From assembly GCA_963668645.2 (NCBI GenBank), contig CAXXWC010000001.1, forward strand, positions 160,001 through 224,000: a DNA stretch of 64,000 bases, read 5' to 3'. This stretch comes from Desulfobacterales bacterium. GTDB lineage: Bacteria > Desulfobacterota > Desulfobacteria > Desulfobacterales > UBA2174. How positions within the stretch are numbered: position 1 is the first letter of the stretch; each line of letters starts with the position of its first letter. The notes beneath the pieces were generated by a model that saw only the letters and a program-made list of their open reading frames with translations, had not been told where the DNA came from and made no database searches. The position numbers and the translations under genes were made by a program. Below are positions 51,027 through 61,056 of this stretch, one piece after another.

Positions 51027-52697
51027 TTACATTTGTTCGGGCGCGGTTACGCCCAGCAGACCGAGTCCATTGGCGATAACCTGCTGGACGGTGCGCACCA
51101 GGCAAAGCCGGGCCCGACCGATCGCCTGGTCTTCGGCCAGGACCCGGTGACGATTGTAGTAGGCATGAAAGGCGGCGGCCAGATCCATCAGAAAAAAGGT
51201 CACCCGGTGCGGTTCGAGGCTTGCGGCGGCGGTGGCCACCACCTCGGGAAACCCGTTCATCAGCTTGATCAGTTGGATCTCCTCGGCTTGCTCCAGTACC
51301 CCGGGCTTTGCGACGGCCTCGACATCCACCGTGCCGATACCGTATTCATCGGCCGCCTTGCGCAAAATACTGGCAATCCGGGCATGGACGTACTGCACGT
51401 AATAGACCGGGTTGTCGTTGGTCTTCTGTTTGGCCAGCTCCAGGTCGAAATCCAGCGGACTTTCATAGTGCCGGGTCAAAAATATGAACCGGGCCGCATC
51501 GCGTCCCACCTCGGTCACCACGTCGGCCAGGGTGACGAACTCGCCGGCCCGGGTGCTCATGGCCACCGGCTGGCCGGCGCGCATCAGGTTGACCAGATGG
51601 ACCAGGATCACCTGAAACTGGTCCCGGCGCCGGCCCGAGGCCTCCACTGCGGCGGTCATGCGCGGGATGTAGCCGTGGTGATCCGCCCCCCAGACATCGA
51701 TGACCCGCTCGAAACCGCGGGCGTATTTTTCCTGGTGATAAGCGATGTCCGAGGCGAAATAGGTGGTCAGGCCGTTGTTGCGTACCACCACGCGGTCCTT
51801 TTCATCGCCGTAGTCGCTGGTGCGGCACCATTGGGCGCCTTCCTTTTCATACACGATGCCGCGCCGGGTCAGATCGTCAATGGCGGCCTCGACGCGGCCC
51901 TCGTCATAGAGGCTCTGCTCGCTGAACCAGCGGTCGAAGCGCACCCCGAAGTCTTCCAGGTCTTTGCGGATTCCGGCCAGGATGGTATCGGCGGCATGCC
52001 GCGCGCAGAGGGCCACGGCCGCTTCTTCGTCCTTTTCCATCAAGGCTGCACCGTGGGTCTGGTACATCTGGTCCGCCAGGTCCCGGATGTAGTCGCCCTG
52101 GTAGCAGTCCTCTGGAAATTCCACCGTCCGGCCGCAGATCTCCTGATAGCGCAAAAAGACAGACCGGCCCAGGGTGCGGATCTGGCGCCCGGAGTCGTTG
52201 ATGTAGTACTCGCGCTGGACCTCGTAGCCGGCCGCCGCCAGGATGTTGGCCACCGTGTCGCCCACCGCCGCCCCGCGGCCATGGCCCACATGCAGCGGGC
52301 CGGTGGGGTTGGCGCTGACGAACTCGACCTGGATGCGCTCTCCGCGCCCGGCCTGACTGCGCCCGAAACCTTCGCCGGCCAGGTGAATATCGCGCAGCAC
52401 CGCGGCCCAGGCCTCCGGCCGGATAAAAAAGTTGATGAATCCGGGCCCGGCGATTTCGGTGCGGGCCACCAGATTCTCAGGGTCTTGCAGGTGTGCCAGG
52501 AGCAGTTCGGCGATCCGGCGCGGCGCCATGCGCTGGAGCCTAGCCGAAACCATGGCCACGTTGGTGGCAAGGTCGCCGTGGGACTCGGTTTTGGGGATTT
52601 CCACCACCATGTCGCCCGTCTCGGCCGAGGCCAAGGCCCCTGCCGCATGCGCCCGGGCCACGGCTGAAACGATCATCTGGTAAATTTTGGTTTTCAT
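51027..52697 (-). CDS. argS: Arginyl-tRNA synthetase
   Basis: [48 protein letters not shown]. Confidence 0.97.
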   Translation of the reverse strand: MKTKIYQMIVSAVARAHAAGALASAETGDMVVEIPKTESHGDLATNVAMVSARLQRMAPRRIAELLLAHLQDPENLVARTEIAGPGFINFFIRPEAWAAVLRDIHLAGEGFGRSQAGRGERIQVEFVSANPTGPLHVGHGRGAAVGDTVANILAAAGYEVQREYYINDSGRQIRTLGRSVFLRYQEICGRTVEFPEDCYQGDYIRDLADQMYQTHGAALMEKDEEAAVALCARHAADTILAGIRKDLEDFGVRFDRWFSEQSLYDEGRVEAAIDDLTRRGIVYEKEGAQWCRTSDYGDEKDRVVVRNNGLTTYFASDIAYHQEKYARGFERVIDVWGADHHGYIPRMTAAVEASGRRRDQFQVILVHLVNLMRAGQPVAMSTRAGEFVTLADVVTEVGRDAARFIFLTRHYESPLDFDLELAKQKTNDNPVYYVQYVHARIASILRKAADEYGIGTVDVEAVAKPGVLEQAEEIQLIKLMNGFPEVVATAAASLEPHRVTFFLMDLAAAFHAYYNRHRVLAEDQAIGRARLCLVRTVQQVIANGLGLLGVTAPEQM

Positions 52698-53057
52698 CTG
52701 AAAGTTCGGTCAACCTCCGGCTTGCGGCCGATCGCAACGATCCGCCGAGCATTGGATTAAATGCTGACGTTTAGTGGGTTTTCCCGCTCAAGTCAAGCTG
52801 TGCGGAAAGCAACAAAACCGTTGACACAAGCACCGTCGTCTTCTACTGGTAAGAACCGAAAGGTCATGGCGTGCATGAAGTGCGCCGCATCGCCTGCAAT
52901 TTAAAAATCCGCTATTTTTACCACAACTTTTTGCCGAATCAAGCCGCGACGGCTTGCGTACCCGCAAGATGCGCATCCGAGCGGTTTTTTGTTGCAGCCG
53001 ATCCGGTCCGAGGCACTTTGCAACTTGACGATAAACGCGAAAGGTTTTTAATTCTAA

Positions 53058-53681
53058 ATGCATATCTCCGAAGGGGTTCTATCCGCACCGGTTTTGATCA
53101 CCGGTGCAACGCTGGCGGCGGCCGGTACCGTGGTCGGGCTTCGCCGCCTCGACTACGACCACATCGCCGGAGCGGGCCTGATGGCGTCGGCCTTTTTCGT
53201 GGCCTCTTTGATCCACATCCCCCTGGGCCCTTCAAGCGTCCATCTGATCCTCAACGGGTTGGTCGGCCTGCTTCTCGGCTGGGCCGCCTTCCCTGCCATT
53301 CTGGTAGCCCTGACGCTGCAAGCGGTCTTTTTTCAGTTCGGCGGTCTGACCAGCCTGGGGGCCAACACCTTGATCATGGCCTTGCCGGCCGTGGCCGCGG
53401 CCGCAGCGGTGCGCAAACTGATCGGCCGCGGTAAAAAGTGGACCCTGGCCGCCGGTTTTGCCTGCGGTTTTCTTTCCGTTCTCGGCGCCAGCCTGGTGGC
53501 GGCTGTGGCCCTGGCCCTGAGTTCGGAGGGGTTTTGGGCGGTGGCCTACCTGCTGGTGGCGGCCCACCTGCCGGTGATGATTATCGAAGGGATCATCACC
53601 GCCTTTTGCCTGGCATTCCTGGTCAAGGTGCAGCCGGACCTGATTCCCGGGCTTGACACGGGCCTTTCATTCCGCAGCTGA
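53058..53681 (+). CDS. cbiM: ECF Co/Ni transporter S component CbiM/NikM
   Basis: N-terminal metal-binding MHISEG, SSVHLILNG, QFGGLTSLGAN. Confidence 0.92.
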   Translation: MHISEGVLSAPVLITGATLAAAGTVVGLRRLDYDHIAGAGLMASAFFVASLIHIPLGPSSVHLILNGLVGLLLGWAAFPAILVALTLQAVFFQFGGLTSLGANTLIMALPAVAAAAAVRKLIGRGKKWTLAAGFACGFLSVLGASLVAAVALALSSEGFWAVAYLLVAAHLPVMIIEGIITAFCLAFLVKVQPDLIPGLDTGLSFRS

Positions 53682-53759
53682 ACGGCGTCCCGGGTCCCCA
53701 TGGGGCCCGCAGAGCGCCTCGACAACGGCGCACAACCCGTCATTGAGGAAAAAACGACC

Positions 53760-54398
53760 ATGCCCATCCGGTCCCAGAGCCAACTTGCGGCAGTGATCGT
53801 CACCGCGCTGATCCTGATTGTGCTTTGCCCGGCCCGGCCCGGCCTGGCCCACAAGGTGATCATCTTTGCCTGGGTCGAAGGCGACACGGTCCATAGCGAA
53901 AGCAAATTCAGCGGCGGCCGTCCAGCCCGGCAGGCGGCCATCGAAGTGTACGACGACCAGGACAACCGCCTGCTCACCGGCCGCACCGGCGACGACGGAA
54001 AATTCAGTTTCAAGATCCCCAAGGCCTCTGCCCTGCGCATCGTGCTGCTGGCCGGCACGGGCCACCGGAACGAATGGCGCCTGGAGGAAGCCGAAGTCCG
54101 CCGCGGTCTGGAGGCGGGCCGTGAGGCGGCGCCGAGCCCTGCGGCCGAGGCCCCGCTGCCCGCGCCAGAGCCCGCCAAATCGACGACCTGCACCCCAAAG
54201 ACGCCTCCGGCCGCGCTGAGCGCCGAGGCGGTGGAGCAAATCCTCGAAAAAACCCTGGACCGCAAACTCCAGCCCATCGTTTCGATGCTGGCGCAAACCC
54301 GCCAAACGGGCCCCTCGCTGCAAGACATCCTCGGCGCCATCGGCTATATCATCGGCCTGGTCGGCCTGGGCGCGTATCTGAAAAGCCGGCGGCGATGA
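53760..54398 (+). CDS. ECF Co/Ni transporter accessory protein (NikL-like)
   Basis: Signal peptide ending LA-HKV, GTGHRNEW, C-terminal TM DILGAIGYIIGL. Confidence 0.75.
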   Translation: MPIRSQSQLAAVIVTALILIVLCPARPGLAHKVIIFAWVEGDTVHSESKFSGGRPARQAAIEVYDDQDNRLLTGRTGDDGKFSFKIPKASALRIVLLAGTGHRNEWRLEEAEVRRGLEAGREAAPSPAAEAPLPAPEPAKSTTCTPKTPPAALSAEAVEQILEKTLDRKLQPIVSMLAQTRQTGPSLQDILGAIGYIIGLVGLGAYLKSRRR

Positions 54399-55156
54399 AT
54401 TTCGAACCCTTTGCCGTCGGCCGTTCACCGCTTCACCGCCTCGATCCGAGCTGCCGGGTCATCGGAGCGGCTCTTTTTTCGGCGGTCGTCGCCGTTCTCC
54501 AGCAGCCTGCAGCCCTGGCTCTGGGCCTGGCCGCGGCTTTCGTGCTGGTGGCCGCGGCCAGGCTTCCGCTGCGGCCCCTGGCCGCGCGCCTGAGCAGCGC
54601 GGCGTTTTTCGTGCTGATGCTCTGGGTCGTACTGCCCCTGACCCATGGCGGGCCGGTCCTGTGGCAGGCCGGCCCCTTTGCCGTCTACGCGGACGGCCTG
54701 GCTCTGGCAGGACGCATCAGCCTGAAGACCGCCGCCATCCTTCTGGCCTTCACCGCCCTGGTGGCCACCATGCCGGTGTCCACCTTAGGCCACGCCCTGG
54801 AGCGGATCGGAGTGACACCCAAGCTTACCTTTTTACTGCTGATGTGCTATCGGTATCTTTTCGTGCTTGAACAGGAGTACCAGCGGCTGGCGCGGGCCGC
54901 CCGGATCCGCGGATTCAAGCCCGGCACGAACCGGCACACCTACCGCACCTACGCCTATCTGGTGGGCATGCTTTTCGTGCGCGCCGCGGCTCGGGCCCAA
55001 AGGGTGCACCAGGCCATGCGCTGCCGCGGGTTCGACGGCCGTTTCCGCAGCATCCAGGATCTGAGCGTACCCGGCTCCGCAGAGGTCGTTTTCTGCCTGC
55101 TGATGGTCCTTACCACCGGAGCGATGGTGCTGTTCGAAGCCGGGCCGGTCCTTTAG
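54395..55156 (+). CDS. cbiQ: ECF T component CbiQ
   Basis: SPLHRLDP, YRYLFVL, ARIRGF, AMRCRGFDG. Confidence 0.92.
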   Translation: MNFEPFAVGRSPLHRLDPSCRVIGAALFSAVVAVLQQPAALALGLAAAFVLVAAARLPLRPLAARLSSAAFFVLMLWVVLPLTHGGPVLWQAGPFAVYADGLALAGRISLKTAAILLAFTALVATMPVSTLGHALERIGVTPKLTFLLLMCYRYLFVLEQEYQRLARAARIRGFKPGTNRHTYRTYAYLVGMLFVRAAARAQRVHQAMRCRGFDGRFRSIQDLSVPGSAEVVFCLLMVLTTGAMVLFEAGPVL

Positions 55157-55203
55157 CCGGTTCGCCCGTCTATTTTTCGATCCCTGCGCGAAAAGGATCA
55201 TCC

Positions 55204-55980
55204 GTGAGCATACCCATCGTCATGACCGCCTTCGGAACCCGTGGTCCGGCCCGGGCCACATACGACCACCTCGACCGTCATCTGCAGGCGACTTTCCCTG
55301 AAAATCCCTTGCACTGGGCCTGGTCTTCGCGCATCGTGCGCCATCTGGAAGAGCGCCAGAGAAAACCCCGCCTGCCCGGCCCGGCAGAGGTTCTGGCAGA
55401 TCTGGCGGCCCGGGGCCACCGCTGGGCCGTGCTCCAGTCGACCCATCTGCTGTGCGGCCACGAGTTCCATCGCATGCTGACAGCGGCCCGCCGCGCGCCC
55501 CTGCGCACGTCCGTCGGCCTGCCCCTGCTCACCGATCCGGCCGATTTCGACTACATGGCCCGGATCCTGGCCGATATTGGGGACCAGACCGAATCGCAAG
55601 CCTCGGTCTTCGTGGGCCACGGCACCGACCACCCCACCTGGATGGCCTACCCTCTGCTCCAGTACATGCTGAAACGAATCGGCGCCGGCCATGTCTATGT
55701 CGGTGCCCTGGAGGGGCCGCCGGGGGTTGACGAGATTGTGGCCGAAATCGTCCGGGCCGGAATGGGCAGGGTGCGCCTTTTGCCTCTGCTGCTGGTGGCG
55801 GGCAATCATTTTCATCAAGACCTGATCGGAGACGATCCCCAAAGCTGGCAGTCGCGCTTTGAGGCCGCCGGTCTTTCAGTCCAGGCCGTGCAGCAGGGGA
55901 TCGGCCTTTTGCCCGGGGTGGCAGACCTGTTCTGCCGGCACATCCGCGAAGCCCTGGACGTGATTCCCGACAGCCAGTAG
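55204..55980 (+). CDS. cbiK: Cytoplasmic sirohydrochlorin cobaltochelatase (CbiK family)
   Basis: TAFGT, WSSRIV, GHEF, VGHGTDHP, LVAGNH, SW; no signal peptide. Confidence 0.85.
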   Translation: MSIPIVMTAFGTRGPARATYDHLDRHLQATFPENPLHWAWSSRIVRHLEERQRKPRLPGPAEVLADLAARGHRWAVLQSTHLLCGHEFHRMLTAARRAPLRTSVGLPLLTDPADFDYMARILADIGDQTESQASVFVGHGTDHPTWMAYPLLQYMLKRIGAGHVYVGALEGPPGVDEIVAEIVRAGMGRVRLLPLLLVAGNHFHQDLIGDDPQSWQSRFEAAGLSVQAVQQGIGLLPGVADLFCRHIREALDVIPDSQ

Positions 55981-56031
55981 TGCCGGCGGCGCTGTGGTAC
56001 GGCGCGACTTATCAAGCAACGGAAAGGCGAA

Positions 56032-56769
56032 ATGGCGGTTTTTCAACCCGAGAAGCCCATCATCCGGCTCGAAAAAGTACGCTTTGCCTATGCGGGAGGT
56101 TCCCCGGTCCTGGACGGGCTCGATCTGACCCTGGGCCCCGGTGATCGCATCGGGCTGGCCGCTCCCAACGGCAGCGGTAAAACCACCCTCTTCCACCTGA
56201 TCATGGGCCTGCTTCGACCCACGGCCGGCCGCATCGAGATTTTCGGCCGACCGGTAAGCAGCGAAAAGGATTTTACCGCGGTGCGCCGCCGCATCGGGAT
56301 GCTCTTCCAGGACTCGGACGACCAGCTGTTCAGCCCCACGGTGATCGAGGATGTCGCTTTCGGTCCTCTCAACCTGGGCCTGGATCGCAAAGAAGCCCTC
56401 GCCGTCTCTCGCCGTACCCTGGCCAGTCTGGGCCTCGAGGACTTTGAAAACCGGCTCACCTTCAAACTTTCGGGCGGCGAAAAGCGCCTGGTGGCCCTGG
56501 CCACGGTCCTGGCCATGAACCCCGAAGTCCTGCTCCTGGACGAACCCTCGGCCGGCCTGGATGAAAACACCAAACAGCGGCTGATCGAAATCCTTCAAGG
56601 CTTGGAGCTGGCTTACATCGTCATCAGCCATGAGTTCGATTTTCTGGCCGCCACCGCCGATCCGATCTATACCATGGAAAAAGGGCGGATTCTGTTCGAC
56701 GAACGGCTCCAGGTCCATTCCCACCAGCATGCCCACCGGGTGGGCGCAATCCCCCATCGGCACGTGTGA
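56032..56769 (+). CDS. cbiO: ECF ATPase CbiO
   Basis: APNGSGKTT, FQDSDDQLFSPTV.EDVAFGP.N, LSGGEKR, LLDEP; His-rich tail. Confidence 0.92.
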   Translation: MAVFQPEKPIIRLEKVRFAYAGGSPVLDGLDLTLGPGDRIGLAAPNGSGKTTLFHLIMGLLRPTAGRIEIFGRPVSSEKDFTAVRRRIGMLFQDSDDQLFSPTVIEDVAFGPLNLGLDRKEALAVSRRTLASLGLEDFENRLTFKLSGGEKRLVALATVLAMNPEVLLLDEPSAGLDENTKQRLIEILQGLELAYIVISHEFDFLAATADPIYTMEKGRILFDERLQVHSHQHAHRVGAIPHRHV

Positions 56770-56782
56770 GCATCCATCCGGA

Positions 56783-56812
56783 TTGACAAGCCGCACCGGG
56801 TCTGCCTATAAA
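56783..56812 (+). promoter_or_regulatory. Putative sigma70 promoter of the riboswitch operon
   Basis: TTGACA-N18-TATAAA just before the aptamer. Confidence 0.55.
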
Positions 56813-56820
56813 CCTTGGCC

Positions 56821-56996
56821 AGAGGTGCACGACGCTTAATAGGGAATCCCGTGCAAATCGGGAGCGGTCCCGCCGCTGTAACCCCCGCCGGCCCCATTCG
56901 GACCGGCAGACGCCCTTCGGCCGTTGATGCCACTGATCCGCGCTAGCGGGTTGGGAAGGTTGCCGAAGGAAGCGGGGAAGTCAGAAGACCTGCCTC
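56821..56996 (+). ncRNA. Cobalamin riboswitch aptamer
   Basis: AGGTGC..AATAGGGAA..GTGCAAATC..GCGGTCCCGCCGCTGTAA..GCCACTG..GGGAAGGT..AGTCAGAAGACCTGCC (B12 box), upstream of cbiK/ABC/cobI. Confidence 0.95.
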
Positions 56997-57073
56997 GTCC
57001 ATCGTCCCGAAACGACTCCGCGGACCACGAGGCACGGGACGGACATACGCCAAAGGGCCAAGTGAAACTGGGT

Positions 57074-57114
57074 GCAGCCCTTCAGACCGCAAGGTTTGAA
57101 GGGCTGTTTTTTTT
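57074..57114 (+). terminator. Leader terminator (riboswitch expression platform)
   Basis: CAGCCCTTCAGACC-GCAA-GGTTTGAAGGGCTG followed by a T tract, before the first start codon. Confidence 0.88.
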
Positions 57115-57287
57115 CGGATGCTTTTTGTTTCACCGGGGGCAGTATCGCCCCGGCCGGGCCCATGGGTGGCAGCGGGACCGCCGTACGTGCATAAAAGGAG
57201 GTGATCGGCACCTTCGGCAAAACGGCCAACGGATTGAATCCGCCGGCGACGCGAAATTCCGCTGCAAACCGATGAAAGGATGAGGTG

Positions 57288-58169
57288 ATGAAACGCATTT
57301 TCGCCATAGTGATCGTAATCGTTGCCTTTTTGACCCTGCCCGCCGCGGCTCTGGCCGGCGCTCATGGCAAGACGGGTTCCCCCAAGAAAGGAATCCTGCT
57401 GGTGGCCTTCGGTACCAGTGTGCCCGATGCCCAAAAAGCCTTCGCGCGCATCGAGGCCCGGGTCAAGGCCGCCTACCCCCAAATCCCCGTACGCTGGGCC
57501 TACACCTCAAGGATTATTCGCCACAAGCTGGCCCGGCAAGGTCAATCGCTCGACTCTCCGGAAATGGCCCTGGCCCGCATGATGGACGAGGGGTTTACCC
57601 ATGTGGCGGTCCAATCCCTGCACACCATCGCCGGAGAAGAATTCCATGACCTGCAGCGCAATGTGACAGCCTTCGGCAGCATGGCCGGCGGGTTCCGGCA
57701 GATAGCGGTCGGGCTGCCCCTGCTGGGCACCGAGGCCGACCTGCAGCGCGCAACAAAGGCCATGATCGGCAGGATCCCTGCCGACCGCCGGCCCTCAGAG
57801 GCCGTGGTGCTCATGGGGCACGGCACCCCGCACCCGGCCAACGCCTTTTACGCGGCCATGGCCTACCATTTCCAACAGCAGGATCCCAACATCTTCGTGG
57901 GCACGGTGGAAGGCTGGCCCACCATCGAGCAGATCCGCGATGGGCTCAAGGCCCGCCGCATCACCAGGGCCTACCTGATCCCCTTCATGTCGGTGGCCGG
58001 CGATCATGCCATCAACGACATGGCCGGAGATGAAAAGGACTCCTGGAAATCGATCCTCACCACCGCCGGCATCGAGTGCGTACCGGTGATCAGGGGCACG
58101 GCCGAGTACGACGAAATCGTGGACATATGGGTTGACCATCTGGGCCGCGTGCTGGCACAGATGGAATAG
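57288..58169 (+). CDS. cbiK: Periplasmic cobaltochelatase-like CbiK(P)
   Basis: Signal peptide, LLVAFGTS, AYTSRIIR, QSLHTIAGEEF, MGHGTPHP, VAGDHAINDMAG. Confidence 0.92.
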   Translation: MKRIFAIVIVIVAFLTLPAAALAGAHGKTGSPKKGILLVAFGTSVPDAQKAFARIEARVKAAYPQIPVRWAYTSRIIRHKLARQGQSLDSPEMALARMMDEGFTHVAVQSLHTIAGEEFHDLQRNVTAFGSMAGGFRQIAVGLPLLGTEADLQRATKAMIGRIPADRRPSEAVVLMGHGTPHPANAFYAAMAYHFQQQDPNIFVGTVEGWPTIEQIRDGLKARRITRAYLIPFMSVAGDHAINDMAGDEKDSWKSILTTAGIECVPVIRGTAEYDEIVDIWVDHLGRVLAQME

Positions 58170-58214
58170 AAACGCAATAAGACGGGCAACGGCGGAGATT
58201 GCTGAGAAACGTGC

Positions 58215-59285
58215 ATGAACCTTGAACCGAAACCGAGACCGAGACCGCGGCGCCCCCTGGCCCGCTTCGCGCTCTGGGCCGGCCTGCTCGGAGCGGGCCT
58301 GCTGGCCACCGTGGTGGTGGCCAGCGGCATGGGCTTCGTCAAGGTCACGGCCGCAGAAATATGGCAGGTCCTGGCCGCCCGGCTGCTGGGCAATCCGTCC
58401 CTGATCGGCTCGATGGATCCCCTCCTGCCGATGGTGGTCATGGAGGTGCGCCTTCCCAGGATCCTGACCGCAGCGGCGGTGGGTGGATCCCTGGCCCTGT
58501 CCGGGACCGTCTTTCAGGCCATCTTGCGCAACCCCCTGGCCGATCCCTACACCCTGGGCGTCTCGGCCGGAGCGGCCTTCGGGGCGGCGGTGGCCCTGCT
58601 GCTCAATATCGGAGCCCTGGGTCAATACTGTGTGCCGCTGTTCGCCTTTGCCGGAGCCGGGGCCACATTGGCTGCCGTGATCTACCTGTCGGCCTCCGGC
58701 GGGGGCTTTTCATCCAACAACCTGATCCTCTCGGGCGTCATCGTTGCGGCTATCCTGGCCGCCGGACTCAGTTTCCTCAAGTACCTGGCCGACGAGCAGG
58801 TCTCGGTGATCGTCTTCTGGCTCATGGGCAGCTTCGCCGCCAAGACCTGGGCCGAAGCGGGCCTGACCCTGGCAACCACCGGCGCCGGCCTGCTGGCGGT
58901 CCTCTTCTTTGCCAGAGATCTCAATCTGCTGGCCCTGGGCGAACGCAGCGCCGCATCCCTGGGGGTCGAGACCCGCCGGCTGACCTTGATCCTGCTGGCC
59001 ATCGCCTCCCTGATGGCTGCGGTCTGCGTCTCGGTGTCGGGGATCATCGGTTTCGTGGGCCTTTTGGTGCCCCATATGATGCGCGCCCTGGCCGGACCGG
59101 ATCACCGCGGCCTGCTGCCCCTTTCGGCCCTGGCCGGGGCCCTGCTCATGCTGGCGGCTGACACGGTCACGCGGGCGGTGCTCCCCTCGGAGGTGCCCAT
59201 CGGGATTCTCACGGCCCTGCTCGGCGGCCCGGTTTTCTGCATGATCTTCCGCCGGCGCCAGATGGCAGCAATCGGAGGATCGTGA
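58215..59285 (+). CDS. FecCD/BtuC-family ABC permease
   Basis: VRLPR, LRNPLADPYTLGVSAGA, ALGERSAASLGV, IGFVGLLVPH. Confidence 0.93.
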   Translation: MNLEPKPRPRPRRPLARFALWAGLLGAGLLATVVVASGMGFVKVTAAEIWQVLAARLLGNPSLIGSMDPLLPMVVMEVRLPRILTAAAVGGSLALSGTVFQAILRNPLADPYTLGVSAGAAFGAAVALLLNIGALGQYCVPLFAFAGAGATLAAVIYLSASGGGFSSNNLILSGVIVAAILAAGLSFLKYLADEQVSVIVFWLMGSFAAKTWAEAGLTLATTGAGLLAVLFFARDLNLLALGERSAASLGVETRRLTLILLAIASLMAAVCVSVSGIIGFVGLLVPHMMRALAGPDHRGLLPLSALAGALLMLAADTVTRAVLPSEVPIGILTALLGGPVFCMIFRRRQMAAIGGS

Positions 59286-60061
59286 GCTTTCGTATCGAGA
59301 ATCTCACCTTCGCCTACGGGTCCAAGACGGTCCTGGAAAAAGTCGATTTTTCCCTCGAGCCGGGCCGGGTCTATGGCATTGTCGGCCCCAACGGCTGCGG
59401 CAAAAGTACACTTCTCGACCTTCTGGCAGGCCACCGTCGCCCGGGCAAGGGCCGCATCCTTTTCAAGGCGAAACCGCTTTCGGCTTATGGGCGCCGGGAT
59501 CTTTCCCGTGAGTTCGCCCTGGTGCCCCAGGATTTTTACATCAACTTCCCCTTCCGGGTCGAAGAGATCGTCATGATGGGCCGCTATCCCCACCTGGGGC
59601 GGTTCACCCGTGCCCGCAGCCTCGATTGGCAGATGGTGGACAGGGCCATGGCGCTGACCGGCATCGAGAATTTCCGCGGCCGCCTGGTGACCGAGCTGAG
59701 CGGCGGCGAACGCCAACGGGTCGTCATCGCCCGGGCCCTGGCCCAGGACGCGGCCTGGCTTTTTCTCGACGAAGCCACTTCCAACCTGGACATCAACCAC
59801 GCCCTGGCGATTCTCGCGCAGATGCGCCGCAGCGTGCGCCAAGCCGGCAAGACAGTGGTGGCCGTGCTTCAGGATCTCAACCTGGCGGCCCTCTTTTGCG
59901 ACGCGCTGCTGCTGCTCAAAGCCGGGCGACTGATGACCGCCGGCCCCACGGCCGAGGTGCTCACCGCCGCAAACCTGCGCGGCCTCTTCGGTGTCGAGGC
60001 CCGGGTAATGCGCGATGCGGCCAGCGGGAGCCTGCACGTGGCTTTTCAGGTGGCATCATGA
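59282..60061 (+). CDS. FecE/BtuD-family ABC ATPase
   Basis: GPNGCGKST, MGRYPH, LSGGERQRV, LDEATSNLD. Confidence 0.93.
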   Translation: MSFRIENLTFAYGSKTVLEKVDFSLEPGRVYGIVGPNGCGKSTLLDLLAGHRRPGKGRILFKAKPLSAYGRRDLSREFALVPQDFYINFPFRVEEIVMMGRYPHLGRFTRARSLDWQMVDRAMALTGIENFRGRLVTELSGGERQRVVIARALAQDAAWLFLDEATSNLDINHALAILAQMRRSVRQAGKTVVAVLQDLNLAALFCDALLLLKAGRLMTAGPTAEVLTAANLRGLFGVEARVMRDAASGSLHVAFQVAS

Positions 60062-61056
60062 AACGTCTGCTCTTAACCGTCCTGCTTCTTATCTCGGGGC
60101 TGGCCCCCGCACCGGCCGCAGCCGGGCCTGGGACGATCCGGATCTCGTCGGACACGTCCATCATGGATCAGGCCGGCCGGCGCATTGTTGTTAAACGGCC
60201 ATTTTGCAGGATCATCGCCCTTTACGGGGCCCATACGGAAAACCTGTTCGCCCTGGGCCACGGGGATCTTCTGGTGGGCGTCTCCCCCCATTCGGACGAT
60301 CCTCCTGCAGCGGCTCGCATTCAGACCTTTTCCTACCGCGACGATCCGGAAAAATTTCTGGCGGCCCGGCCGGACCTCGTGCTAAGCCGGCCCATGATCG
60401 ACCGGGCCTACGCCGGTCTGCTCCAACGCCTGGAACGGGCGGGCATCGTCGTGGCCACCCTTCAGCCGGCCGACATCGACCAGATGTACGTTTACTGGGA
60501 GGCCCTGGGTGTGCTGGTGGGCGACCGGGCCGGCGCACAGGCCCTGGTGGCGCGCTTCCGGAAGGAAACGGGCGGGATTTCCGACCGGATCAGGCCGGTG
60601 GAAAAGCCGCCGCGGGTCTTTTTCGAGTCCATCCACGAGAAGATGAAAACCTTTTCCCCCGGGTCGATGCCGCTTTTCGCCCTGAGCGTTCTCGGAGCGG
60701 TCAACGTGGCCGAAGATGCCGCACCGAGCCACGGCACCAACATCGCCAACTACGGCAAGGAGCGGATCATGGCCCGGGGCGAGACCATCGACGTTTACCT
60801 GGCCCAGGTGGGCCCCATGAATCCGGTGACTCGCCGCCAGATCCTGGACGAGCCCGGATTCGAAGCCATCCGGGCCGTACGCCAAGGGCGGGTCTTTCTG
60901 GTGGATGAACGGCTGGTGGCCCGCCCCACCCCGCGCCTGGCCGAAGGGATCCGCCGCATCGGCCGGATCCTCTACCCGCAGCTTTTCCCCGGGGAGCCGG
61001 CGCCGGACGGACAGCCGGCGGCCACAACAGACAGGAGAGACGATGGGAACCGATAA
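60058..61056 (+). CDS. BtuF-like periplasmic substrate-binding protein
   Basis: Signal MKRLLL.., DQAGR, RIIALYGAHTENLFALG, RPDLVL, ARPTPRL; ATGA overlap with the ATPase. Confidence 0.88.
   Translation: MKRLLLTVLLLISGLAPAPAAAGPGTIRISSDTSIMDQAGRRIVVKRPFCRIIALYGAHTENLFALGHGDLLVGVSPHSDDPPAAARIQTFSYRDDPEKFLAARPDLVLSRPMIDRAYAGLLQRLERAGIVVATLQPADIDQMYVYWEALGVLVGDRAGAQALVARFRKETGGISDRIRPVEKPPRVFFESIHEKMKTFSPGSMPLFALSVLGAVNVAEDAAPSHGTNIANYGKERIMARGETIDVYLAQVGPMNPVTRRQILDEPGFEAIRAVRQGRVFLVDERLVARPTPRLAEGIRRIGRILYPQLFPGEPAPDGQPAATTDRRDDGNR

Noticed and set aside
51540..51565. ArgS lacking KMSKS
   Set aside because: MSTRAG is the normal ArgRS variant, unlike the CysRS-like domain
52788..53057. Riboswitch or ncRNA upstream of cbiM
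   Set aside because: No B12 box or other recognisable aptamer by eye; needs an Infernal scan
58224..58250. CCGAGA-type short tandem repeat at the permease 5' end
   Set aside because: Few imperfect in-frame hexamers encoding PKPRPRPR; no support for phase variation
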